Shown: in pieces, positions 20,933-29,049 of the stretch
Layout: each line of letters opens with the position of its first letter
Position numbering within the stretch: position 1 is the stretch's first letter
Assembly (NCBI GenBank): GCA_964452565.1
Contig: CAYVLY010000001.1
Span: forward strand, 579,053 to 643,052
Direction of reading: 5' to 3'
DNA length: 64,000 bases
DNA from: an uncultured Gammaproteobacteria bacterium
GTDB lineage: Bacteria; Patescibacteriota; Patescibacteriia; UBA9934
Program-made: the position numbers and the translations under genes
The notes under the pieces: generated by a model
The model's database searches: none
What the model was told of the DNA's origin: nothing
Seen by the model: only the letters and a program-made list of their open reading frames with translations

Positions 20933-21406
20933 TTAAACGTTGGTTAAGTCTGAATCAAGTATCTCATCAAGCTGCTTATCAAGGTCGTCAACTGACATCT
21001 TTGATTCGTCAGATGGCTTTTGAGCAACTTGTACCTTTTTCTCTTTCTTTGGAGCCGTTCGCTTTCCTTCTGGGGTAAGCGGCTCCTGATATGCAGAAAG
21101 TTTAAAGTCTCCTGTTGGGATCCCCTCTTCATGCTTCACAATAGTGTGACGCAAAACATCGTCTGATAGTCGGAAATTTTGATCAATCTTTTGTAGATTT
21201 GACCCGTCATGCTCAAAATAAGACAACACATATGTTCCATGTGTTACTTTTTTGATTGGATATGCAAGCTTAATCTTTCCAAGGTTTTGTGTTTGCTCGA
21301 CCTTGGTACCAGCATCTTCGAGCGACTTACTTGTTCGCTCAATCACTCCATCGATCTCAGAATCTGAGAACTTTGAAGGAATGATATATAAAATCTCGTA
21401 GATCAT
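20933..21406 (-). CDS. rpsF: 30S ribosomal protein S6 with C-terminal extension
   Basis: YEILYII, GKIKLAYPIKK, VLRH; rpsF-ssb-rpsR synteny. Confidence 0.95.
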   Translation of the reverse strand: MIYEILYIIPSKFSDSEIDGVIERTSKSLEDAGTKVEQTQNLGKIKLAYPIKKVTHGTYVLSYFEHDGSNLQKIDQNFRLSDDVLRHTIVKHEEGIPTGDFKLSAYQEPLTPEGKRTAPKKEKKVQVAQKPSDESKMSVDDLDKQLDEILDSDLTNV

Positions 21407-21522
21407 AGATTTATAGGCCTCTTTTCGAGGCAGCCTTATGGCTATGGACTACATTAGTCCTATGAGTTAGTGAGCAAATACTAGCTTAGACCAATGATTT
21501 CGTCAAGCATTAGCCATTTCTT

Positions 21523-21562
21523 ATTTTTCACGATGTACGCGATCGCGTACATCGTGAAAAAT
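21523..21562. repeat. Perfect 40-bp palindrome with no spacer
   Basis: ATTTTTCACGATGTACGCGA|TCGCGTACATCGTGAAAAAT. Confidence 0.9.
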
Positions 21563-21624
21563 TGGAAGCACGAAACCCCGGCTCAAGAAGGGCGCGGGGT
21601 CGAGGCTGTCGAATGGCAGAGGGG

Positions 21625-22239
21625 CTAGAACGACCCGCCGTAGTAGGGCGTGAAGCTCTCGAAGCGCAGCTGCTCTTCACCTTGCAGATCGTAGACCACA
21701 ATGTCTTCGTCCACGCAGACCAGATTGCCGCGAGTGATCTCAGCGTAGAGGCCACTGGTTGACCCCCAGTCTGGCAGGATTGCCATAGGTGAATCACCAC
21801 CGGGGCACCCTTCGAGCATATCACGAGCGATCTCGATCTGGCTCGTGGGCCTATCTGCCCAGGCAAAGGCCACACGACCGGTTGACTGCACGACCCGCTG
21901 ATGAAGAACGCGCTCGCCATTGTGGGTCACAGCAACCTCGTAGATGCCTGCTCGCGTCAGGCACAGGACCGTGGTCGCCCAAGGCAGGATCTGCTTGTAG
22001 CCGATGGCATAGTGGGAATTGCCCTCGAACCCCAGATCCTCGCAGAACGTATCCAGGTTCAGGTAGTTCTCGATCTTGAGGTGTGGGATACCCCTTCCCC
22101 CATCCTCGAGTAAAGCATCGGCTGTCGGCGGTGATCCACTCATGTCGAAGTAGATCGCCCGTGCCTTGGGGGTAAAGAACCATCCGTTGGCGATGAGCAG
22201 TGCGGCGATTGCTGCCATGAAAAGAAGAACGCGTCGCAT
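21625..22239 (-). CDS. Secreted hypothetical protein (GC-rich cassette)
   Basis: Signal peptide; TTGACC...TATACT promoter, SD GGAGGT, hairpin terminator downstream. Confidence 0.7.
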   Translation of the reverse strand: MRRVLLFMAAIAALLIANGWFFTPKARAIYFDMSGSPPTADALLEDGGRGIPHLKIENYLNLDTFCEDLGFEGNSHYAIGYKQILPWATTVLCLTRAGIYEVAVTHNGERVLHQRVVQSTGRVAFAWADRPTSQIEIARDMLEGCPGGDSPMAILPDWGSTSGLYAEITRGNLVCVDEDIVVYDLQGEEQLRFESFTPYYGGSF

Positions 22240-22382
22240 CTGACCTCCAGTAATTCATGCGATTCATCGACGGGACTGTCGACTGCTCAAAGTATAACAT
22301 CTGTATAGTTTGGTCAATATTATCGGAAAACAAGAAACCGCCCGTAGAAGCAGGCAGCTCCAAGGGCAGCGAGGTTATGGAA

Positions 22383-22691
22383 CTAAGTCTTGTAGAGGAC
22401 GACACCAATCACGGCGAGGGAGATTAGGATGCTCACGAGCATGCTCCAGAACATCAGAGTGTTCTTGGTCTTGATACCCATGAGAGTGAACGTGGTCTGA
22501 AGAGCAATAAAGATAAGCCACATGGGGATCGATACCGCCTCGACGTTCTCGTTCTCGATCACACTCACGAGCTGTGGTGCCAGAGCAACAGAGTTGGCAA
22601 GCGACACCCAGCCAGACACGCGGTTGAAGTACCGGTGCTCCACGAACCAGGCCATATTGCGATGCAGTTTGTCGATGAGCCTTTCGCTCAT
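22383..22691 (-). CDS. PQ-loop/SemiSWEET-like 3-TM membrane protein (GC-rich cassette)
   Basis: ALAPQL motif, VSIPMW, three hydrophobic helices; TTGACT-17-TAAGTT promoter, SD GGAGGTGA. Confidence 0.7.
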   Translation of the reverse strand: MSERLIDKLHRNMAWFVEHRYFNRVSGWVSLANSVALAPQLVSVIENENVEAVSIPMWLIFIALQTTFTLMGIKTKNTLMFWSMLVSILISLAVIGVVLYKT

Positions 22692-22790
22692 GGTTCACCT
22701 CCAAGTGTCTACGACAGATAAACTTAGCGCAATCTCACCCCCAAGTCAATCGCTAGACCAAAAGCCATAACTCGATTATTATGCGAACGT

Positions 22791-23954
22791 ATGAAACAAT
22801 TTGCGATTTTGGGGTTACATCCAGAGCTTAGCCTGGCTGAACTAGAGACCGTTACTAAGACTAAAGCCGATCAGAGCTCTGATCAGGCTGCTGTTTTTGA
22901 GTCAGATGGGCACATTCCTGAACTTCAAGGTATTCTCGGGGGTACGCAAAAGCTTGGTGAGATCCTTGGAACCGTCAAAGACCACCAGGAGATTGAAAAG
23001 CACCTTCACGCGCTTTTGATCGAACGTGAAACAGAGGGAAAGCTTAAGTTCGGAATAAGTGTGTACGATCTTGGAAGCCCAAAACGGACAAGAGAAATTC
23101 AAAAGTACATGCACAAGGTCGGAATCTCCGTAAAAAAGATCGTGAAAGAATCTGGGCGATCAGTTCGGCTCGTTACATCTAAGGACCCCGTACTATCGAC
23201 CGTAGTAGTTGAGAAAAATAAACTAGTAACAAAGGGAATTGAGTTTGTTCTGCTTGTCGACGCATCAGAAATACACATTGGAGTTACAAAAGCAGTGCAA
23301 GATTTCGAAGATTGGTCACATCGAGACTATGACCGACCCGGACGTGATGCAAAGTCTGGCATGCTTCCGCCAAAACTGGCGCGCATGATGGTTAACCTCG
23401 CAGGGGTCAGACCCAGGGATAGCTATTTGCTTGATCCGTTCTGCGGATCTGGAACAGTGCTAATGGAAGCATCGCTTTTGGAGTTCGATAATGTGATTGG
23501 ATCAGACATTTCGAAAAAAGCTATTGATGATACACGCAAAAATCTTGATTGGCTTACCAAAGAGAAGTACCGGGTCGCAGACAATACTCTAATATGCGAA
23601 TCAGCAACTGAGCTTACAAAGCATCTTGATAAAAACTCGGTCGACGTGATTGTTACCGAGCCGTTCTTGGGCAATCCTCGATCCGGTAAAGAACGTGTGC
23701 AGGATGTAGAGCATGCGATCGAAGCTTTGACCGAATTGTACGAATCATCGTTTGAAGAACTCGATAAAATCTTGAAACCAGGTGGCGTAATGGTTATCGC
23801 CTCCCCCATTCATTTTGTAAAAGAACAGGCTTTCCCAGTGCCTACAATTGAAATACTGGAAAAACTCGGATACGAGCAAGTTCAAAAACCTCTTTTATAT
23901 AAACGTGAAAAGCAGCACCTAGGCCGCAATATTCTAGTTTTCCGCAAAAAATAG
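22791..23954 (+). CDS. Trm11/UPF0020-like SAM-dependent RNA methyltransferase
   Basis: GMLPPKLARMMVNL, LLDPFCGSGT, IGSDIS, IVTEPFLG. Confidence 0.85.
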   Translation: MKQFAILGLHPELSLAELETVTKTKADQSSDQAAVFESDGHIPELQGILGGTQKLGEILGTVKDHQEIEKHLHALLIERETEGKLKFGISVYDLGSPKRTREIQKYMHKVGISVKKIVKESGRSVRLVTSKDPVLSTVVVEKNKLVTKGIEFVLLVDASEIHIGVTKAVQDFEDWSHRDYDRPGRDAKSGMLPPKLARMMVNLAGVRPRDSYLLDPFCGSGTVLMEASLLEFDNVIGSDISKKAIDDTRKNLDWLTKEKYRVADNTLICESATELTKHLDKNSVDVIVTEPFLGNPRSGKERVQDVEHAIEALTELYESSFEELDKILKPGGVMVIASPIHFVKEQAFPVPTIEILEKLGYEQVQKPLLYKREKQHLGRNILVFRKK

Positions 23955-24084
23955 ACCAATATTAGCCCAAAGGGGTTGACAAAACCCAAAAACTAGTGTA
24001 TAAACACCGGTTCCTCAGTTCCTTCATTCGCCTTACCTGTCCATCCTGGACTCCACCCCCGAAGCTGACCCAAGGAGGTCCACA

Positions 24085-24975
24085 ATGCTTCCCACTGACC
24101 TTCGCCTCAACCAAGGCACCCCGTACAACCACGCCCGTCGCCAGAAGCTCCAACGCGCCGGCATCATGATCGTACTCGGCCTTCTCGCCACCCTCGTGGT
24201 GCTCGTCATCTCCTGCTCTGGTGATGATGAGTTCACCTACATCGAGATGGGCACGGCCTGGCACCAGGAGCCCGAGCGCGCGTACATCGTGCAGAAGGGC
24301 GACAACCTGCACAAGATCGCGGCGAAGTACGAAAACGTGAGCTGGGAGGATATCCTCTTGGCAAACGACACACTCAAGGCCAAGTACGAGCAGATCTGCA
24401 GCAAGAAGTCCGCCGGGTACCGCAACAGCTCCAGCCGCCGCGGCACCTTCTGCAACGACCGGTACAACCGGCCGTATGGGAACACGCTCATGCCCGGCTG
24501 GACGCTCATCATCCCGCCCGGCAAAGCGCCCCAGGCCATCCACGACATCGTGCTCGAGAACATCGAAGCAAGCGACAAGATCGGCCTGTTGATCGATGAC
24601 ACCGGCTCCATGGGCAACAACCTCAGGGAGGTAGCCCAGTTCTACAGTGCCGCGCTCAACAAGCACGGCCGGGACAATGTCGGTATCTGGCTCTACTCCG
24701 ATGGTGAAACCTGGAAGGTCGAGGACGGTGGCTTCCACACCAGCGGCGACACTGAGAACACCCACGGTGCGCTCAAGGTCGTGGCCGATGCCGACCCGGA
24801 CGTGATCATCCTTGTGACCGACGAGATCGGAGACGACTGGGACTGGGACAGCGTGCCTGACCTGCCCCCGGTGATCGCCAACTGCATCCCGGACGGAGAT
24901 GGCGACTGCGAAGGCTCCATGTCCAAGCTGGCCACCGATACCCACGGCGAGTTCGTCCTGCTCACCGGCTTCTAG
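24085..24975 (+). CDS. Membrane-anchored LysM + vWA-like domain protein (GC-rich cassette)
   Basis: TM helix; YIVQKGDNLHKIAAKY LysM motif; LLIDDTGSM MIDAS motif and ILVTDE; TTGACA...TATAAA promoter, SD AAGGAGGT, terminator at 24996-25020. Confidence 0.8.
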   Translation: MLPTDLRLNQGTPYNHARRQKLQRAGIMIVLGLLATLVVLVISCSGDDEFTYIEMGTAWHQEPERAYIVQKGDNLHKIAAKYENVSWEDILLANDTLKAKYEQICSKKSAGYRNSSSRRGTFCNDRYNRPYGNTLMPGWTLIIPPGKAPQAIHDIVLENIEASDKIGLLIDDTGSMGNNLREVAQFYSAALNKHGRDNVGIWLYSDGETWKVEDGGFHTSGDTENTHGALKVVADADPDVIILVTDEIGDDWDWDSVPDLPPVIANCIPDGDGDCEGSMSKLATDTHGEFVLLTGF

Positions 24976-25095
24976 TCACCCTCTTCCCTCCTTCGACCCC
25001 CGACCATCTGGTTCGGGGGTTCGCTGCGTCTAAAATTGACCAGTACACAATTTTGCAGTAAAAATAAACCAGCACACTTACATGCGGGAGAACAA

Positions 25096-25707
25096 TTGGA
25101 AAAAGAACAGTTGGCGATACTTGCTTCTATCACAGTAGGTCTGATAATGATTGTCTTCAGTTGGAGATACATCATGCTGGTCAAGCAGAAAAAGACTGAT
25201 CCCACCCTATCTATGTGGCTCATCTTTCTCATCGGGGCTGGCTTAAGCCTCACAACTCACCTTTCTGATGACAAGACCGACGTCTTGGGCAGTGCGCTCA
25301 ACATTGTAGACGTGCTTGCTATATTCACGATCATAGTGGGTGTAATGATCTTCGGTAAGAACAAAGAGATTCGGCTTCAAGACTTTGAAAAGAAGTACCT
25401 AGCAGGGGCGTTATACATCGTGCTCTTTTGGCAAGTCTTCGATGATGCCTTTACCTCCAACCTACTCGTACAAGTGCTCATGACGTTTGGGTACTTCCCA
25501 ACAACAGAGCATATGGTCCGATCAGGCAAGAACACAGAATCATTCAAGGCCTGGGGTCTGGCTCTCTCAGCATCGATCGTGGGCTTTTACCCGCCATACG
25601 TGGAGGAGAGCCTTCTTGGCCAAATCTATGTCGCCAGATCGTTTCTCTCCGTGATCTTTATCCTCTGCCTGATGACCTACTTCGAACGTCGAGCACGCAA
25701 GAAGTAA
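25096..25707 (+). CDS. Multi-pass membrane hypothetical protein
   Basis: 6-7 hydrophobic helices; SD GGGAG before TTG at 25096 (the ORF-track start at 25036 is the -35 TTGACC). Confidence 0.7.
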   Translation: MEKEQLAILASITVGLIMIVFSWRYIMLVKQKKTDPTLSMWLIFLIGAGLSLTTHLSDDKTDVLGSALNIVDVLAIFTIIVGVMIFGKNKEIRLQDFEKKYLAGALYIVLFWQVFDDAFTSNLLVQVLMTFGYFPTTEHMVRSGKNTESFKAWGLALSASIVGFYPPYVEESLLGQIYVARSFLSVIFILCLMTYFERRARKK

Positions 25708-25777
25708 TGCTGCCAAGGCAAAGGCGCTACTCAAAAAGACCCTCACCGGGGTCTTTCCTGCTTTATTGATCAATAAA

Positions 25778-26854
25778 TTACACACCAACGCGAAAATGGC
25801 AGACATCGCCGTCCTGCATTACATATTCTTTACCCTCGACCCGCATCTTTCCAGCCTCGCGTGCACCAACTTCACCTTGATGAGTCTCAAAATCCTCATA
25901 ATGAATTACTTCGGCACGAATAAAAGCCTTTTCAAAGTCTGTATGAATAACACCTGCAGCCTGAGGTGCAAGTGTCCCCTTCTTCACAGTCCATGCACGC
26001 GTCTCTTTTTCTCCAGTAGTCAAGAATGTGATCAACTCAAGCATCTCATAGCTCTTTCGAATGACCTTATCTAATCCTGACTCGCCGATTCGGAGCTCCT
26101 GAAGGAATTCAACACGCTCCTCATCTGTCAAAGTCGACATCTCTGCCTCAAGCTTCACAGAAATCGGAATCGCAATGCGATCATCTCCAAGCGGCGACTG
26201 CCAGTCTCTATCTTTTGCCGCCTCTTCATCAACATTCACAATGTAAAGAATCTCCTTTGTAGTCAAAAGTTGAAGCTCACACAAAGCCTCAGCCTCCTTA
26301 TCATCAAGTTCAACTGTAATTGCAAGCTTTCCATCTTCAAGTGCATCCTTATACTTTCGAAGGCCAGAAACCTGCAAAAGCAACTCCTTGTCCTTTGTGC
26401 TCTCTGCCTTGCGTTCAATCGACTCAAGTCGCTTATCGACCGTTGCTAGATCGGCCATCATTAACTCCATTTCAATGATCTCAGAATCTCTAGCCGGGTC
26501 AATACTTCCATCAACATGTGCAATATCTCCATCATCAAATGCGCGCACAACATGCGCGATCATATCGCACTCACGGATATTTGAAAGAAACTTATTACCC
26601 AGCCCCTCGCCTTTGTGAGCACCTTTAACAAGTCCCGCAATATCCACGAATTCAATGGCGGTTGGAATGACTTTCTCAGATTTTGAAAACTCAGCCAAAA
26701 TTGCTAGACGTTCATCTGGAACCTCAACAATTCCTACATTTGGCTCAATTGTACAAAAAGGAAAATTTGCACAATCCACTTGCTTCTTGGTGAGTGCGGT
26801 GAATAATGTAGATTTTCCAACGTTTGGGAGTCCAACAATTCCTACTTTTAACAT
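25778..26854 (-). CDS. ychF: Ribosome-binding ATPase YchF
   Basis: [43 protein letters not shown]. Confidence 0.98.
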   Translation of the reverse strand: MLKVGIVGLPNVGKSTLFTALTKKQVDCANFPFCTIEPNVGIVEVPDERLAILAEFSKSEKVIPTAIEFVDIAGLVKGAHKGEGLGNKFLSNIRECDMIAHVVRAFDDGDIAHVDGSIDPARDSEIIEMELMMADLATVDKRLESIERKAESTKDKELLLQVSGLRKYKDALEDGKLAITVELDDKEAEALCELQLLTTKEILYIVNVDEEAAKDRDWQSPLGDDRIAIPISVKLEAEMSTLTDEERVEFLQELRIGESGLDKVIRKSYEMLELITFLTTGEKETRAWTVKKGTLAPQAAGVIHTDFEKAFIRAEVIHYEDFETHQGEVGAREAGKMRVEGKEYVMQDGDVCHFRVGV

Positions 26855-26918
26855 ACAACGGTGAGTCTACCTGATGAGAGGCCTTTTGAACAGTTCTTTT
26901 GTGACGTTTGCCTGATAA

Positions 26919-26947
26919 TTGACAAAAGGCTAAAATCAGGCTAATGT
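26919..26947 (+). promoter_or_regulatory. sigma70 promoter upstream of the long hairpin and caspase-like gene
   Basis: TTGACA-17 nt-TAATGT. Confidence 0.6.
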
Positions 26948-26955
26948 CCCTTCCT

Positions 26956-27118
26956 GGGAACTATCGTAAAATGCTCTTTTGAGTATAAACTTCTGAAATT
27001 TGAGTAGATTTGTTTGAAAATTTTTTCGGCAATGCTGTGGTATTGGCTAAAAAATTTTCAGGCAAAGATACCGACTTTCAGGAGTTTAGACCAAATATGG
27101 CGTTTTGCGATAGTTCCC
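26956..27118 (+). repeat. ~163-bp long hairpin element (MITE-like or structured 5' UTR)
   Basis: GGGAACTATCGTAAAATGCT...GGCGTTTTGCGATAGTTCCC plus inner stems TAAACTTCTGAAA/TTTCAGGAGTTTA and TTTGTTTGAAAATTTTTT/AAAAAATTTTCAGGCAAA; G-T pairs on the plus strand. Confidence 0.75.
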
Positions 27119-27173
27119 CCAGCCCTTTGGTCATTTATGGCCGTGAATCTACCACTTTCCACCGGAGATCATC

Positions 27174-28406
27174 ATGATCCTTTCCCTTCTCCTTGCGATC
27201 TGCCTGGCCCTGTCCTCCTCTGCCTTCGCACAAGGGGACGAGGTGGTCGAGCCGACAGAGGTACAGCAGCCCGAGGTTGTTGAACCTCCCGAAAAGCCCC
27301 CAGAAGAGCCTGAGCCGACGATCATCGGTCCGGAACCGGACTTCGAAGAAGTGCGCAGACCCAAGACCTTCGCAATGGTCGTGGGTACCTCGAGCTTCGT
27401 GAACTACCCACAGCTCACCAGGCCCGAAGCCGAACCGCTCTGTGAACTCATCGTGACCACGCTCTACAAGGGCCTCCCCCGCGGCGACGTGGTCGCGCTG
27501 TGCGAGCCCGAAGATACCATGCGTGCGAAGATCCTGGCGGCTGCACAACAGCTGGGTGAGCGGCTGCAGGATAACGACACTGTGATCTTCATTTTCATCG
27601 GTGTAGGAGTTGGTGGTGACTACGGTGACCCTGTGCTGCTCACCTATGACTTCTCTCCTTCTGAGGATGGGCTGTCTACGACCACGACCACCACGAACGA
27701 AGTTCACGCAACGCTCAGCCCAGATGGCGCCAAGCTCATCATGGCACTGGATGCGGTCTACAACAGCTCCGTTGACATCATAGGCTCTGATGGAGTCATC
27801 AACATCTCCACGATCGGCCCGATCGCTGAGCACGCCCCTGAGGGAGTACTCGCGATCTCGCACGTGAGTGACGTCGAGCAGATGCCCACAGACAGCCAGC
27901 TCTTCGGCCAGACGCTCGCAAGTGCCTTCGAAGGAGACGCAGATCTCGACGGCAACAACCAGATCTCGCCTAGCGAGCTGAGTCGCTTCATGGTCAGTAC
28001 CATCATGCTCGAGGGTGGCAAGCCCCCTGGTGTGAACGGCGACTGGAAGGCTGCCACCGATCCGATCATCTCCATGCCAATCGAGCTTCCCGAACCCCGC
28101 GAACCCCGCGCTTGGCGCCTGAGCGTGAACCCCAGGATCCGCACTGCATCGATCATCACTGGCGGCACAATGCTCGTCGCAAGCGCCACGAGCTGGATAA
28201 TCACGTCCAGATGGCAAAAGTGCCTAACCGAACCGTGCTACCACGATCTCGACAGCTACAATCAGGCAGTTGCATTGCGCGATACCTGGGCCTGGATGGC
28301 ACGTGGAACCGGAGCGCTCGGCATCGTCGGCCTGGGCGGGGGTCTGTACCTCAAGCCTACGCCCAACGGCCCCGAAGCTCAGGTGAGCCTCACGGCTCGG
28401 TGGTAG
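27174..28406 (+). CDS. Secreted caspase-fold (peptidase C14-like) protein, catalytically degenerate, with EF-hand-like loop (GC-rich cassette)
   Basis: Signal peptide; FAMVVGTSSF, DTVIFIFIGVG (His position is Val), LDAVYNS (Cys position is Val), DADLDGNNQISPSEL; hydrophobic C-terminal region. Confidence 0.7.
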   Translation: MILSLLLAICLALSSSAFAQGDEVVEPTEVQQPEVVEPPEKPPEEPEPTIIGPEPDFEEVRRPKTFAMVVGTSSFVNYPQLTRPEAEPLCELIVTTLYKGLPRGDVVALCEPEDTMRAKILAAAQQLGERLQDNDTVIFIFIGVGVGGDYGDPVLLTYDFSPSEDGLSTTTTTTNEVHATLSPDGAKLIMALDAVYNSSVDIIGSDGVINISTIGPIAEHAPEGVLAISHVSDVEQMPTDSQLFGQTLASAFEGDADLDGNNQISPSELSRFMVSTIMLEGGKPPGVNGDWKAATDPIISMPIELPEPREPRAWRLSVNPRIRTASIITGGTMLVASATSWIITSRWQKCLTEPCYHDLDSYNQAVALRDTWAWMARGTGALGIVGLGGGLYLKPTPNGPEAQVSLTARW

Positions 28407-28639
28407 ATCCACACGTACGTACGTCAAACGCCCGGACTCTCATCCTCGAGAGCCCGGGCGCCATGCTTTTTATAGGTAATAAAATTAGTCTTTTTGTCTC
28501 AAGGTTCAACCTCTGAGGTTAAGCCTTAATTTCCTATATCAATACATCGAAACAGACTTAGCTGTGATGCTCCGGTAAAAAAAGAAGAACCCCCGCCGCA
28601 GGCAGGAGTCCTGAGCGGGAGAGAAGTGGATCTCGATCA

Positions 28640-28933
28640 CTACCTGTTGACACCGAGCTCTTCGGTGAGACCGGGACGGTGCTGGGCCATGGCACGGCAG
28701 ACCCTGGCAGCGATCGGCTCGAGCCGATCGTGCCGGCGGTACTTGCCGAAGAAAATCCAGAACCGTTTGGTAACTGCAGCGTCGCCGATTTCCGTATCTT
28801 TGATGAACTCGATCAGGTACCCTGCATCCTGCTCGCACTGGCTGCGGAACGGATTGCCGACCTGACGCTGACGCTGCCTGTCCCTTTCCTGGCGGAGGCT
28901 GAGGAGGAAGATGTGCAGAAGACTCGTGAGTAT
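28640..28933 (-). CDS. Hypothetical protein with probable non-AUG start (GC-rich cassette)
   Basis: TTGACA(29003-29008)-17-TATATT promoter, SD GAAAGGA, in-frame ATA 8 nt downstream, C/G-ending codons, terminator with U-tract at ~28577-28611. Confidence 0.45.
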   Translation of the reverse strand: MLTSLLHIFLLSLRQERDRQRQRQVGNPFRSQCEQDAGYLIEFIKDTEIGDAAVTKRFWIFFGKYRRHDRLEPIAARVCRAMAQHRPGLTEELGVNR

Positions 28934-29049
28934 CGCGATGATCCTTTCGTTTGATCTGGGTGGACTCAAAAAGCCGATCAATATATCAAAAAAGGGACCC
29001 GCTGTCAATAGCAGACCCCTATTTTTTACCTAAAATAAAACAAAATCTT

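Noticed and set aside
23962-28217. Long antisense ORFs 23962-24945 and 27135-28217 (also 18720-19427, 56972-57526)
   Set aside because: Shadow frames expected opposite GC3-rich genes; the sense ORFs carry the motifs, SD and promoters
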